Assembly (NCBI GenBank): GCA_021731405.1
Contig: JAKFXN010000004.1
Coordinates: forward strand, 1,563-65,562
Source of the DNA: Candidatus Parcubacteria bacterium
Lineage (GTDB): Bacteria > Patescibacteriota > Minisyncoccia > Phycocordibacterales > UBA918
DNA length: 64,000 bases
Direction: 5' to 3'
The notes under the pieces were generated by a model. The model saw nothing but the letters and a program-made list of their open reading frames with translations, made no database searches and was not told where the DNA came from. Below are positions 54,001-63,359 of this stretch, piece after piece. The position numbers were made by a program, and so were the translations under genes. The stretch's first letter is position 1, and each line of letters begins with the position of its first letter.

Positions 54001-54562
54001 GTACTTAGCTGTAAAAGAAGAGAGTGAAGTAGAAAGTGTGCACCTGACTGCTTGGCCAGAAGGGGGAGAGGTTAACATGGACATAATAATCGACATGGCT
54101 GCCGCTCGAGAAATTGTGACCAAAGCACTAGAAGCGCGCACAAAAGCTGGCATTAAGGTACGGCAGCCTATTGCAGAATTGAGGATTCCCGTACTGCTTG
54201 GTGATTCTTTCATAGAAGTTATTAAGGAGGAGATGAATGTAAAAAAAGTCACAGTAGTTGAATCTGAAGACATGAGTTCTGTCTGGGTTGATACCGTCAT
54301 TACACCTGAACTAAAGGCCGAAGGGGAAGTGCGCGAGTTTATGCGAGCGGTCCAAGAGAAGCGTAAGCAAGATGGGCTTGAACCACAAGATCGAGTTGCG
54401 CTTGTCGTGCAAGCGACCAGTGAAGGACGACAAGTACTTGAGACCTTTAAGGAAATGCTCACAAAGACCGTCGGTGCAACCGAGCTCATGTTCACTGATG
54501 TCGAAGGAGAGAGTGTCACTGCTGGGGAACATACCTTTGTGATTGCTCTCAAAAAACTATAA
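51020..54562 (+). CDS. ileS: isoleucine--tRNA ligase (type 2/eukaryote-like) carrying an inserted histidine-phosphatase (PGAM-like) domain
   Basis: HYGHILAG (HIGH), WAISRQRYWGAPLP, KMSKSLRN. A ~170-aa insert between GSLKELKDLL and DYHRPYIDDI carries RHAE..N, HSGMQRTRDTA and LIVSHASS, the histidine-phosphatase branch-1 signatures. Confidence 0.95.
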   Translation: MSKKINRENDTVEVMPDVQKSEVALREEAIQQFWLEHDIFNKSLVTPGGGTCKGDFVFYDGPPFATGTPHYGHILAGTIKDAIPRFWTMNGYRVRRKWGWDCHGLPLENLIEKKLGLANKRDIEDFGVKNFNEAARAAVMEYADDWKKVVPRMGRWADMEDDYKTMDTSYTESVWWVFKTLYEKGLVYEGFKSMHLCPRCGTTLSNFEVNQGYKDIKDIAVTVKLPLLDETGNVTNTSLLVWTTTPWTLPGNMAAAVHQDFTYVKVKLSTETGEEFVILAKGRLAQLGDVSHEVVGEITGSELVGRSYEPPFAYFKDRDIKGKENAWKIYHADYVELGEDGTGAVHLAPAYGEEDLQLAQREGVPVVHHVSYEGRFMDFITDFAGQLVKPKDDDAAGVDHKDADIEILKALQATGKIFKKENITHSYPHCWRDETPLLNYATTSWFVKVTDIKDDLVAANNLVHWVPDHVGANRFGKWLEGARDWAISRQRYWGAPLPIWRNPETGDIKVLGSLKELKDLLPKRGNEYFVMRHAEAQSNLTGVIDAIADENNPLTPAGEAQCLEVAETLRDKNITKIVHSGMQRTRDTAERIAAALGLSKEAIVIDSRLIELQTGKDYEGKTWDEYNSNYASEEEKFSKVIPGVENRYDLIKRVGAFLYEFDAKIENERVLIVSHASSTFALQCVAEGAEHERVIELKKAGYLKNAEVRPLPFTAVPHNDNYALDYHRPYIDDIELYENGVKLVRVPDVFDCWFESGSMPYGQHHYPFEGKENFEGPHFPAQFIAEGLDQTRGWFYSLIVLGVALFGKSPYENVIVNGLVLAEDGKKMSKSLRNYPDPMEVADRVGVDAIRYYLLSAPIMRGEDLNFSEKEVLELQRKNIGRLHNVLLMYEMFADGTKANAASGNVLDRWIVARLNQLVAESTTGYKNYELDKATRPVTDFIEDLSVWYLRRSRERLKGDDAADKALALGTLRHVLHTLAQTIAPAMPFYAEYLYLAVKEESEVESVHLTAWPEGGEVNMDIIIDMAAAREIVTKALEARTKAGIKVRQPIAELRIPVLLGDSFIEVIKEEMNVKKVTVVESEDMSSVWVDTVITPELKAEGEVREFMRAVQEKRKQDGLEPQDRVALVVQATSEGRQVLETFKEMLTKTVGATELMFTDVEGESVTAGEHTFVIALKKL

Positions 54563-55141
54563 ATGTCTTACGTAACCTACACAACTGAAGCGCTCGTGTG
54601 TGGTTCCTTTGATCAAAACACGGCGGACAAATCGTTCTTATTGTTTACTCGTGATGCCGGAATGCTGTATGCCACAGCCCGCAGTGTTCGTGAAGAAGTC
54701 TCTAAACAGCGAAATGCGCTTCAAGATTTTTCGCGTATTCGTGTATCACTCATAAAGGGGAAGCAGGGTTGGCGGGTTGGAAGTGTCGAGGCAGAGCATA
54801 ATGACTTTAGCGCAGCAACGGATAGAGAAGTTCGGGGCAGTGTGGTGTTGGTATACCGGCTCCTACGACGATTTATTAGAGGAGAGGAAGCTTTTTCTGA
54901 CCTCTATGACTTTACGATTAGCGCACTTGATACGTTAGCAAAGCCGCAGCCAAACCGTCGCCTGCTCGATTTATATGTACAGACCCACATCATGTCGCTT
55001 TTGGGGTATGTAGACTCAAAAGCTGTGCCAGAAATACTAAGGACTAAATCATTAACTGAAATTGCATCTTTGACGGGTGAGTTTCCACTCTCAGAACTCG
55101 AAGATATCGCTGCCAAAGCCACAGAAAGTAGTCATCTCTAA
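54563..55141 (+). CDS. recO: RecO-like recombination mediator (short)
   Basis: The N-terminal OB-fold-like segment (VCGSFDQNTADKSFLLFTRDAGMLYATARS) resembles RecO. Start overlaps the ileS stop. Confidence 0.45.
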   Translation: MSYVTYTTEALVCGSFDQNTADKSFLLFTRDAGMLYATARSVREEVSKQRNALQDFSRIRVSLIKGKQGWRVGSVEAEHNDFSAATDREVRGSVVLVYRLLRRFIRGEEAFSDLYDFTISALDTLAKPQPNRRLLDLYVQTHIMSLLGYVDSKAVPEILRTKSLTEIASLTGEFPLSELEDIAAKATESSHL

Positions 55142-55149
55142 GGTGAATA

Positions 55150-57159
55150 ATGGTATACTGGGTCATATTTATGTCAGGGATACGGGATCAGCAGAATATG
55201 GATGATTTGCGCAAAAGACTCTACGAGCGTGATTTTGGAGAGGGTCAAACTAAACGTCACGGACTCACCAGTACAGAAGTGGATGTTTCGCGTGGTTGGG
55301 GTGATAGCAAAACACCCGCACCAGCTCCAGTCGTACCGCCAGTATCAGAGCAAATGGTCGTACCTGAAACCGCGCCAGAAATGGCTGCTTACGAAGCGCT
55401 TACCCCGCCGGTAGAGACAGTAGAAGAACCAGTGAAAAGGAAACGCTCTTATCGAATGATTATTGTCATTGCGTGTGTCGGGCTATTTATCGTAGCGGCG
55501 CTAGTCTCAAGCGCCTTCCTCTTTTTTGGTACCAATCAAATATCAGCCCGCAATATCAGCATCTCGCTCACGGCACCATTTTCAGTGGCGGCAGGAGAGA
55601 AACTTGGTATACAGGTGAGTGTAGCCAACCAAAACACCGTACAGATAGAAGCCGCAACACTCATTCTCAATTACCCAAGTGGCACGAAGACCGCTGATGC
55701 TGAAGCAAAAGACTTATATGAAGAACGGGTCCCAATTGAAGTGCTGACCCCCGGCCAGGCGCTCAATATTCCAGTCAACGTAATTTTGTTTGGTGAAGAA
55801 AACGAAGAGAAGGAGATTAAAGCGGTTATTGAATATCGAGTGGCGGGTTCAAACGGCACCTTCTTCAAAGACGCTGATCCAATTAAGGTAAAAATAAATT
55901 CTTCACCACTTGTCGTGCGAGTTGATGCGGTAGAAAAAGTTTCCTCAGGCCAAGAAATAGAAATCAAAATTACCCTGCAATCAAACGCCTCTGTAGTGCA
56001 GCGAAATATTCTTGTCGAGGCGGCGTTCCCAAATAGCTTCACGTTCTTGAATGCAGACCCGCAACCAGCGTATGGTCAAAACGTCTGGCTTGTTCCCGAG
56101 ATTTTACCAGAAAGCGCGCAAACCATTACACTACGCGGCCGAGTGCGCGGCGTGGCTAAAGAGCAAGCACAAATACAGATAGCGGTCGGGGCGCCACGTT
56201 CAGACAATCAATTTATTATGGGTTCAGTACTCTCAAAGGCTGATACAAACTACGAGATAGAACGACCATTTATTGATGTTTTAGTTGATATCAATCAAGA
56301 CACCGACGGTGAGGCGGTAGTGGATGCTGGTCTGGACGCTAATGTAGCGGTGCGGGTAAAAAATACGCTCGATGAAACTATCTACGATATGCGTGTCGAA
56401 GTCTCTCCAAACGGAAACCTGATTCGCGACAATCAGCTCTTGGTCCCGACTGGTTTTTATGACACTGACTCAAAGACTATCCGTTATGAAGTATCAGGCA
56501 TGCCCTCACTCGCTGAGGTACGACCTGGGGAAACGCGAGACTTTCTCTTTACCGTACGGCCAGATATAAATCAGAACACTGCATCATTTTCTGTTTCTAC
56601 AAATGTATACGCGCGCCGCGTAGGGGAAGCCAATGCCGCTGAAGAGATTGTTGGAACAGCACTGGCTGAAGCAAAGTATTCATCAACTATCTTGATAGAC
56701 TCTCAGGTCGGTCGAAGCGATGGACCATTTACTGATACGGGGTCAGTGCCACCTGTGGCAAACGCCGAGACGACCTACACCCTTACCTTTGCCGCAGCAG
56801 CAGGAGTAAATGACCTTACGGGCGCAGTGATGACCACTACCTTGCCGCAGTACGTGATATGGCTGAACGAGTATGACGGAGAAGGGACAGTCGAATACAA
56901 TCCAGTTGCCAAACAGCTTCGCTGGAATGTCGGTTCACTTGGTGCAAAAACCGCCAAACAGCTTCAGGTGCAAGTCTCACTCTTGCCAAGTGTGACACAA
57001 GTTGGTACAACACCAGTACTCGTTGGTTTACAGGAGTTTCGTGCCACTGACCGATTTACCGAGGTGGGACTCCGTACATCACGATTACCGCTCAGTACTG
57101 AGCTTTCGACCGAAGCAGGCTTTGATAAAAACAACGGAGTTGTAGAAAGCGCACGGTAG
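55150..57159 (+). CDS. large bitopic surface protein of unknown function
   Basis: ~110-aa cytoplasmic N-terminus, one TM helix (IVIACVGLFIVAALVSSAFLFF), then a ~530-aa beta-rich ectodomain with internal V..V..N repeats. Confidence 0.5.
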   Translation: MVYWVIFMSGIRDQQNMDDLRKRLYERDFGEGQTKRHGLTSTEVDVSRGWGDSKTPAPAPVVPPVSEQMVVPETAPEMAAYEALTPPVETVEEPVKRKRSYRMIIVIACVGLFIVAALVSSAFLFFGTNQISARNISISLTAPFSVAAGEKLGIQVSVANQNTVQIEAATLILNYPSGTKTADAEAKDLYEERVPIEVLTPGQALNIPVNVILFGEENEEKEIKAVIEYRVAGSNGTFFKDADPIKVKINSSPLVVRVDAVEKVSSGQEIEIKITLQSNASVVQRNILVEAAFPNSFTFLNADPQPAYGQNVWLVPEILPESAQTITLRGRVRGVAKEQAQIQIAVGAPRSDNQFIMGSVLSKADTNYEIERPFIDVLVDINQDTDGEAVVDAGLDANVAVRVKNTLDETIYDMRVEVSPNGNLIRDNQLLVPTGFYDTDSKTIRYEVSGMPSLAEVRPGETRDFLFTVRPDINQNTASFSVSTNVYARRVGEANAAEEIVGTALAEAKYSSTILIDSQVGRSDGPFTDTGSVPPVANAETTYTLTFAAAAGVNDLTGAVMTTTLPQYVIWLNEYDGEGTVEYNPVAKQLRWNVGSLGAKTAKQLQVQVSLLPSVTQVGTTPVLVGLQEFRATDRFTEVGLRTSRLPLSTELSTEAGFDKNNGVVESAR

Positions 57160-57184
57160 TATACACTAGGATTTCAAACACATT

Positions 57185-58573
57185 ATGATAAAAGACAGCA
57201 TGGACAAAGTAGTATCACTTTGTAAGCGGAGAGGTTTTGTATTTCAGGGTAGTGAAATCTACGGCGGTTTGGCCGGGGTCTTTGACTTTGGTCCGATGGG
57301 AGTTGAGCTTTTAAATAATCTTAAACGGTCTTGGTGGAAAGCCAATGTCTACGACAAAGAAAACTATTACGGACTTGATTCAGGAATGTTCAAGCATCCA
57401 CGAGTTTGGGATGCGAGTGGGCATACTTCAGGATTCTCTGACCCTCTCTCGGAGTGTCGTGAGTGTAATACACGTATTCGTGTCGATAAGGAGCTAGGGA
57501 AAATTGGTATTGAAGCTGACGAAAAAATGTCTGAAGAGGAGATAAATAAATTATTTGACGAGAACCGAGACAAAATTGTTTGCCCAAAGTGTGGTCAAAA
57601 GAATTTTACGTCAGTGAAAGCTTTTAACTTGCTAATTAAATCGAACCTAGGAGACTTTACTGGAGAAGGGAGTGAACCAGTGTATCTTCCTGGAGAGGCT
57701 TGTCAGGGTATTTATCTTGATTACAAAAACATTGTTGATTCAATGTCACCAAAGCTACCGTTTGGTATCGTACAAATTGGTAAAGCGTTTCGTAACGAAA
57801 TCTCACCGCGGAACTTTCTGTTTCGTACGCGCGAGCTTGAGCAAGCAGACACACAACTTTTTGTTAAGCCAAACCAAAATAAAGAAGCTTACGAGCAAGT
57901 AAAGCAGGATCGTCTCAATTGGTATCTTTCAATTGGTATCAAACCAGAAAATCTCCGCTGGAAGCAGCATGCCAATCTTGTATTTTATGCATCTGATGCA
58001 TGGGACATTGAATACAATTTCCCGGGACTTGGTTTTGATGAGCTAGAAGGAATTCATGACCGCACCAATTATGATCTCACTCAGCATATGGAATTTTCTG
58101 GTGCTGATTTACGATACACTGATCCTGAAACGGGGGAGAAGTATATACCATGGATTCTCGAAACTTCTGTTGGTATGGGACGTATGTTCTTGGCAGTAAT
58201 ATCTGACGCGTACCACGAAGAGGAAATGGATGGGTCTACACGAGTGGTATTGAAACTTCATAAAGATCTTGCTCCATATCGCGTCGCTGTCTCGCCACTT
58301 CTAAAGAACAAACCAGAACTAGTAGAGAAAGCGCGAGAAGTATTTAAACTACTTAAGAAGGAGTTTGGAAATGTAGCGTGGGACGATAATGGCAATATTG
58401 GTAAGCGGTACCGACGCCAAGACGAGATTGGTACCCCAGCTTGTATTGTTATCGATTTTGAAACGCTCGGACAAGAAAAACCAGAGCTTAAAGACACGGT
58501 AACAGTTCGTGACCGTGACACTGGGGAGCAGATACGAGTTGCTATCGCAGACCTTATCTCTCATCTCAAATAA
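57185..58573 (+). CDS. glyQS: glycine--tRNA ligase (alpha2 archaeal/eukaryotic type)
   Basis: RRGFVFQGSEIYGGLAGVFDFGPMGVELLNNLKRSWW N-terminal signature, class II motifs, and an anticodon-binding C-terminal region. Confidence 0.9.
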   Translation: MIKDSMDKVVSLCKRRGFVFQGSEIYGGLAGVFDFGPMGVELLNNLKRSWWKANVYDKENYYGLDSGMFKHPRVWDASGHTSGFSDPLSECRECNTRIRVDKELGKIGIEADEKMSEEEINKLFDENRDKIVCPKCGQKNFTSVKAFNLLIKSNLGDFTGEGSEPVYLPGEACQGIYLDYKNIVDSMSPKLPFGIVQIGKAFRNEISPRNFLFRTRELEQADTQLFVKPNQNKEAYEQVKQDRLNWYLSIGIKPENLRWKQHANLVFYASDAWDIEYNFPGLGFDELEGIHDRTNYDLTQHMEFSGADLRYTDPETGEKYIPWILETSVGMGRMFLAVISDAYHEEEMDGSTRVVLKLHKDLAPYRVAVSPLLKNKPELVEKAREVFKLLKKEFGNVAWDDNGNIGKRYRRQDEIGTPACIVIDFETLGQEKPELKDTVTVRDRDTGEQIRVAIADLISHLK

Positions 58574-58607
58574 TTAAAAAAACCGAAGCCTAGGCTTCGG
58601 TTTTTTT
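58574..58607. terminator. bidirectional terminator
   Basis: AAAAAAACCGAAGCCTAGGCTTCGGTTTTTTT. Confidence 0.7.
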
Positions 58608-58773
58608 AATACCTCGAAATCTTGAACATCACCCAGATTCCTATACAGGCGCCAATAGCATTTCCAATTACGCTGGCCATCGAGAAGCCAGCGGCTCCCC
58701 ACAGGGCTGGTATGTATCCGCCCAAGAGTCCACCGACAAACATACCAAGATAAATAAGACGCTTTGATTCCAT
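58606..58773 (-). CDS. unlisted 55-aa hydrophobic small protein (MESKRLIYLGMFVGGLLGGYIPALWGAAGFSMASVIGNAIGACIGIWVMFKISRY)
   Basis: Manual translation of the minus strand. Two Gly-zipper-like TM helices. Its stop overlaps the bidirectional terminator. Below the 60-aa cutoff of the ORF track. Confidence 0.4.
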   Translation of the reverse strand: MESKRLIYLGMFVGGLLGGYIPALWGAAGFSMASVIGNAIGACIGIWVMFKISRY

Positions 58774-58834
58774 AGCTATAAGTATAGCGCATGCTGGCTG
58801 TTATATTTTCCTTGCTGTGGTAGGATATTTTTAC

Positions 58835-60283
58835 ATGAAAGACTTAAAAGCCCGCTACATTACTACTACCTTACCGTACGTAAACTCTGATCCTCATATT
58901 GGGCATGCTCAGGAATTTATCCAAGCAGATGCCCTTGCTCGCTACTGGCGCGAGCTTGGATACGATGTTTTTTTTAATACTGGTACTGATGAACATGGTC
59001 AGAAAATCGCTCAGAAGGCTGACGAAAAAGGTGAAGATCGCCAGGTTTATGTTGACCACTATGCAGAGGAGTTTAAGAAACTTGGTGGTGCACTAAACCT
59101 CTCGTTTGATAATTTCATCCGTACTACCGACGAAGGACATAAAGCAGCAGCACAAGAGATTTGGCGTCGCTGTGAAGCCAAAGGCGATATCTACAAAAAG
59201 AAGTACAGTGGACTGTACTGTGTAGGGTGTGAACTTTTTTATAAAATTGATGAGCTCGACGAAAATAAGTGTTGCAAAATCCATGGCAAACCAGTAACTG
59301 AAATCGAAGAAGAAAACTATTTTTTCAAACTCTCAAATTACCAAAACTATCTTGAAGAGTATTTGAGTGTAGAAGGGGTCATACTTCCAGAGTGGCGGAG
59401 GCTTGAAGCTATTAATTTTGTGAAAGGAGGTCTCGAAGACTTTAGTATTTCCCGTGAAAAGGAACGTCTCAATTGGGGTGTGCCTGTACCAGGTGACGAA
59501 AACCAAGTTATGTACGTATGGTTTGATGCTCTTACCAACTACATCTCGACACTCGGCTGGCCAGAGGAAGAAGGTAATTTCAAAAAGTATTGGATTGATG
59601 GAGAGGTAATACAAGTAGCGGGTAAAGACCAGGTGCGCTTCCAGTCTGTTATGTGGCAAGCGATGCTTAAGAGTGCTGGGGTGAAAGCCACTGACAAAGT
59701 GGTGTATCACGGCTTTATTAATAGTGGCGGACAAAAGATGTCTAAGTCACTAGGGAACGTGATTTCACCATACGAACTAATTGCAAAGTACGGGACTGAT
59801 GCGACTCGCTACTTGCTGCTTCGTCACGTTCATCCCTTTGATGATTCAGATGTCACTTGGGAAAAGCTCGATGAATGGTACACCGCCAATCTGGTAAATG
59901 GACTTGGCAACCTCGTCTCTCGTGTCATGAAGATGGCTGAGACACATCTAACAACTCCAGTTGCGGTAGAGGAGACTCCGCTCGAAGAGTCGTTTACAAA
60001 ACTCATGAATGAGTACCAACTGGCGCAAGCGCTCGATCTTATCTTTAGTCATATCCAAAAAGGAGACGAATATATCCAAAGTACTGAACCGTTCAAGAAA
60101 ATTAAAAGTGAAGTTGAGAGTGAGCGCGAAGAAGCGCTTGCAGTAATCGCAAAGCTTGTTCAGCACGTGTATACCCTCACGAATTACCTAAAGCCTCTTA
60201 TGCCTGAAACAGCGGTTCTTATAGAAGAGGCGGTCAAAGCAAACAAAAAACCGGAAAATCTTTTCGGTCGGCTAGAAAAATAG
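58835..60283 (+). CDS. metG: methionine--tRNA ligase core (no C-terminal tRNA-binding domain)
   Basis: YITTTLPYVNSDPHIGHA (HIGH), KMSKSLGN. Ends after the anticodon-binding helix bundle. A separate tRNA-binding domain gene is at 11538..11870. Confidence 0.9.
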   Translation: MKDLKARYITTTLPYVNSDPHIGHAQEFIQADALARYWRELGYDVFFNTGTDEHGQKIAQKADEKGEDRQVYVDHYAEEFKKLGGALNLSFDNFIRTTDEGHKAAAQEIWRRCEAKGDIYKKKYSGLYCVGCELFYKIDELDENKCCKIHGKPVTEIEEENYFFKLSNYQNYLEEYLSVEGVILPEWRRLEAINFVKGGLEDFSISREKERLNWGVPVPGDENQVMYVWFDALTNYISTLGWPEEEGNFKKYWIDGEVIQVAGKDQVRFQSVMWQAMLKSAGVKATDKVVYHGFINSGGQKMSKSLGNVISPYELIAKYGTDATRYLLLRHVHPFDDSDVTWEKLDEWYTANLVNGLGNLVSRVMKMAETHLTTPVAVEETPLEESFTKLMNEYQLAQALDLIFSHIQKGDEYIQSTEPFKKIKSEVESEREEALAVIAKLVQHVYTLTNYLKPLMPETAVLIEEAVKANKKPENLFGRLEK

Positions 60284-60284
60284 T

Positions 60285-60854
60285 ATGCGAAATGCAATCA
60301 TCCTTCACGGAAATGGTGACAAAGAAGAGTATTATTCTGCGGACTATCCATCAGCGAGTAATTCCCATTGGCTTCCTTGGTTGCAGAAGCAATTACTTAT
60401 AAATGATATAAGTGCACAAACACCCGAGATGCCCCATAGTTACGCACCAGACTACGCAGTATGGAGCCGTGAGCTTGAGAGATATGATATAGGCCCAGAA
60501 ACAATTTTAGTAGGACACTCAAGCGGAGCAGGTTTTTTGGTACGTTGGTTGTCAGAACACAAGGATGTAAATGTAGGAAAAGTTATTTTGGTGGCACCGT
60601 GGCTTGATCCAAATCGTGAAGATAAAACAGACTTCTTTGATTTTAAAATTGACCACCATCTCGGCTCTCGAACTAAAGGTCTTACCATCCTTAGTAGCGA
60701 TAATGATACTGATGATGTTAAGGAGAGTGTAAGAATCATCGCTCTATCAGTAAGTCGAAATACACATACGTTACTTCACGGACAGGGTCATTTTGTAGGT
60801 GAAGAATTTCGTACCAAAGGATTCCCTGAGTTACTTGAAGAAATTTTAAAATAA
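60285..60854 (+). CDS. RBBP9/YdeN-family alpha/beta serine hydrolase
   Basis: IIHGNGD..HWLPWL, nucleophile elbow VGHSSGAG. Confidence 0.7.
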   Translation: MRNAIILHGNGDKEEYYSADYPSASNSHWLPWLQKQLLINDISAQTPEMPHSYAPDYAVWSRELERYDIGPETILVGHSSGAGFLVRWLSEHKDVNVGKVILVAPWLDPNREDKTDFFDFKIDHHLGSRTKGLTILSSDNDTDDVKESVRIIALSVSRNTHTLLHGQGHFVGEEFRTKGFPELLEEILK

Positions 60855-60855
60855 A

Positions 60856-61713
60856 ATGAAATACACCTGTATCGACACCCATACCCACCTCAATCTTCCG
60901 GCTTTTGCGCAGGATAGGGAAGAAGTGCTCGCTCGAACGCTCGCTGATAACGTGGCGCATATCAATGTCGGTACTACTGAAGCTACGAGCAAACTCGCCG
61001 TAGAGATTGCGGACGCGAATGAAGGTTCGTGGGCGATTATTGGGCTTCACCCCATACAGACTGCGCCAGGTAGCGAAGACGAAGAGGAGACACGGGGCGG
61101 TACGCCGCATTCACATACCCCAGAAGTTTTTAACCCTGACTTCTATCGCGCTTTGGCGAAAAGCCCCAAAGTCGTCGGTATTGGGGAATGTGGCTTTGAC
61201 TACTACCATACTGAAAAAGGGAGCTATAGTGTGCAAGAAGAGGCCTTTATAGCCCAAATACAGCTCGCAAATGAGTTAGGACTGCCACTGATGATCCATA
61301 CTCGTGGCCCAAAGCCAGGTGAGGAAAGTCCAACTGGACGCAGTGTCTATGCAGATGTTTTGGCAGTCTTGAAGCAATACGCCAAGGTACCCGGAAATAT
61401 CCATTTTTATGCTGGTACCAGAGAGGAGGCAGATACATTTTTTGATATCGGCTTTACGGTTTCTTTTACGGGAGTGATTACCTTTGCCAAGGTGTATGAA
61501 GATATGGTGCGAGATATCCCACTTTCACTCATGCACGCTGAAACGGATTCGCCATATGTGGCACCTGTACCATATCGCGGTCAGCGCTGTGAGCCGCGCT
61601 ATGTAGCTGAGGTGGCAAAAAAGATTGCGGAGATAAAGCAACTTCCGCTAGAAGAAGTACAAGAGCAATTACTCAAAAATGCCGAGAAGCTCTACAATAT
61701 AAACCTTCATTAA
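60856..61713 (+). CDS. tatD: TatD-family metal-dependent DNase/hydrolase
   Basis: CIDTHTHLNL, GECGFDYY, HAETDSPY metal-ligand blocks. Confidence 0.85.
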   Translation: MKYTCIDTHTHLNLPAFAQDREEVLARTLADNVAHINVGTTEATSKLAVEIADANEGSWAIIGLHPIQTAPGSEDEEETRGGTPHSHTPEVFNPDFYRALAKSPKVVGIGECGFDYYHTEKGSYSVQEEAFIAQIQLANELGLPLMIHTRGPKPGEESPTGRSVYADVLAVLKQYAKVPGNIHFYAGTREEADTFFDIGFTVSFTGVITFAKVYEDMVRDIPLSLMHAETDSPYVAPVPYRGQRCEPRYVAEVAKKIAEIKQLPLEEVQEQLLKNAEKLYNINLH

Positions 61714-61746
61714 AAAACCGCTGGACTAAGTCCAGCGGTTTTTTAA
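61712..61746. terminator. bidirectional terminator
   Basis: AAAAAACCGCTGGACTAAGTCCAGCGGTTTTTTAAC. Confidence 0.7.
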
Positions 61747-61748
61747 CT

Positions 61749-62696
61749 CTAATCAAATATTTTTACTAGGTACTCATCAATGGTGCGCTGGTCCCAGGTA
61801 TAGAAGTCTGCGTTTTCTCGACGAAGGTCGGAAGCCAAGTCGATACCGACAAAGCGCCAGTGCCAGGGTTCAAATACGTAGAATCCGTTGTCTTCAGGAT
61901 AGGAAAGTATAAATCCGTACTTATGAGCATTCTCAAGCAGCCATTTGTATTCTTCGGTCTGAGCGAAACTGGTGTACGCTCCGCCAGTAACTTGGTCACT
62001 GATGTCTACGGTGGTCCCAAGTTGGTGTTCTGAGTAGCCCTGGTCGGCCGAGAAGGCGTTGGCGCCACTTCCATACACCTGTGTGTACTGACCTTTTAGT
62101 GATTGCTGTTCATCAAAAGAGCGGTAGGCAGAAAGTACCTTTAAGTCCATCCCGTCGTTTTCTGCGTCATCAAGCATGTCGTTCAGGAAGTCGATTGCGT
62201 CACCATGGAAGTACTGCTCTTGTCTTCCAGGCAAAATATATTTTGTTTCTATCTTCGACAACTTCATTGGTACAAAGTTTTCATTCAGGAAGTAGGTACG
62301 TGAATATTTTTGTAAGAGTTCCTCGTCTGTTTTTGAAAGTTTGTCGAGAATACCAACGGTGCCAGAAATAGCTTTAATTTGATCTTCAAAGTCTTCGTTT
62401 TTGTCTTCTTCATGTCGTAAGTCACGTTCGACATCTTCGAGTTCTTCAGCGGTCATTGAGAGACGTTCCGCCAGTTCAGCAATAGTTGAGCTCGCTATCT
62501 CTCGTTCAGTCCTGAAGTTTCTAGAAGAAGAAGCATTTTCAGCCGCAAAATAGTTGAGTTCTTCTTGCAGGGAGCTAATGGTGTTGGCTTGGCTACGATT
62601 TTGGATGATAACAAACACCAGTGTCGCCAAAATGACTACAAAGGCGCTAATAGCGAGGATATTTTTTGTTCTATCTTTTATTTCCATGCCTTCCAT
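61749..62696 (-). CDS. membrane-anchored M15B (VanY-like) D-alanyl-D-alanine carboxypeptidase
   Basis: LSAYRSFDEQ and SEHQLGTTVDI Zn-ligand motifs. The start is set at the Met preceding the TM helix, because the longer listed ORF would overlap rpsF. Confidence 0.75.
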   Translation of the reverse strand: MEGMEIKDRTKNILAISAFVVILATLVFVIIQNRSQANTISSLQEELNYFAAENASSSRNFRTEREIASSTIAELAERLSMTAEELEDVERDLRHEEDKNEDFEDQIKAISGTVGILDKLSKTDEELLQKYSRTYFLNENFVPMKLSKIETKYILPGRQEQYFHGDAIDFLNDMLDDAENDGMDLKVLSAYRSFDEQQSLKGQYTQVYGSGANAFSADQGYSEHQLGTTVDISDQVTGGAYTSFAQTEEYKWLLENAHKYGFILSYPEDNGFYVFEPWHWRFVGIDLASDLRRENADFYTWDQRTIDEYLVKIFD

Positions 62697-62776
62697 TCTA
62701 ACATGCGAGGGTGTCTTGAATAACCTTAGATTTCGTGGTAAGGTACTCCCGTTACTAATTAAGTTCCTGAGACAAA

Positions 62777-63328
62777 ATGTCAGAAACAAATATGCCAGCA
62801 GCCGAAGCAGCTGTAGCAAGTGAAAAAGAAGTCACAAGCTATGAGTTTGCTTTCCACGTTCTTCCAACGGTTGCTGAAGGGGAAGTACCAAGTGTCGTTG
62901 AGATTCTCAAGGCACATATTACTAAAGCTGGTGGTGAAATCTTCGATGAGGAAGCCCCAAAACGATTTGATCTAGCATACGAGATTTCAAAGTATCTTGA
63001 AGGCAAAAATCGAAAGTTCAGTAGTGCTTACTTCGGTTGGGTGCGATTTCGCCTCGACGCTGCAAGCCTCACTGCTCTTACTGAACACCTAGAAGGTACC
63101 AAAGAAGTATTACGATACCTCCTTGTTAAGCTTACAAAGGTAGAAGAGCAAAACCCATTTAAGTTCCACGATTCAATTGTAGACCGAAAGGTTCGCACTA
63201 TCAGTGATGAAGAAATGGCTGAAGTTGAAGCTCTTGCAGCTGCCGAAGTAGAGGGAGAAGTCGTCGTAGACGACGTTTCAGAAGACGTTGTAGCAGTGGA
63301 TGGCAAAGAAGTGGAGGAGACAGTATAA
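62777..63328 (+). CDS. rpsF: 30S ribosomal protein S6 with an acidic C-terminal tail
   Basis: YEFAFHVLP...GGEI..LAYEI...G.Y..V.F is the S6 core, followed by ssb. The exact start is uncertain. Confidence 0.8.
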   Translation: MSETNMPAAEAAVASEKEVTSYEFAFHVLPTVAEGEVPSVVEILKAHITKAGGEIFDEEAPKRFDLAYEISKYLEGKNRKFSSAYFGWVRFRLDAASLTALTEHLEGTKEVLRYLLVKLTKVEEQNPFKFHDSIVDRKVRTISDEEMAEVEALAAAEVEGEVVVDDVSEDVVAVDGKEVEETV

Positions 63329-63359
63329 TAGCGATACTTAACCACTAACCAACAACAGT

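Noticed and set aside
51149-54552. Minus-strand ORFs (up to 188 aa) opposite ileS
   Set aside because: They are shadow ORFs. The ileS frame is continuous and carries HIGH/KMSKS motifs.
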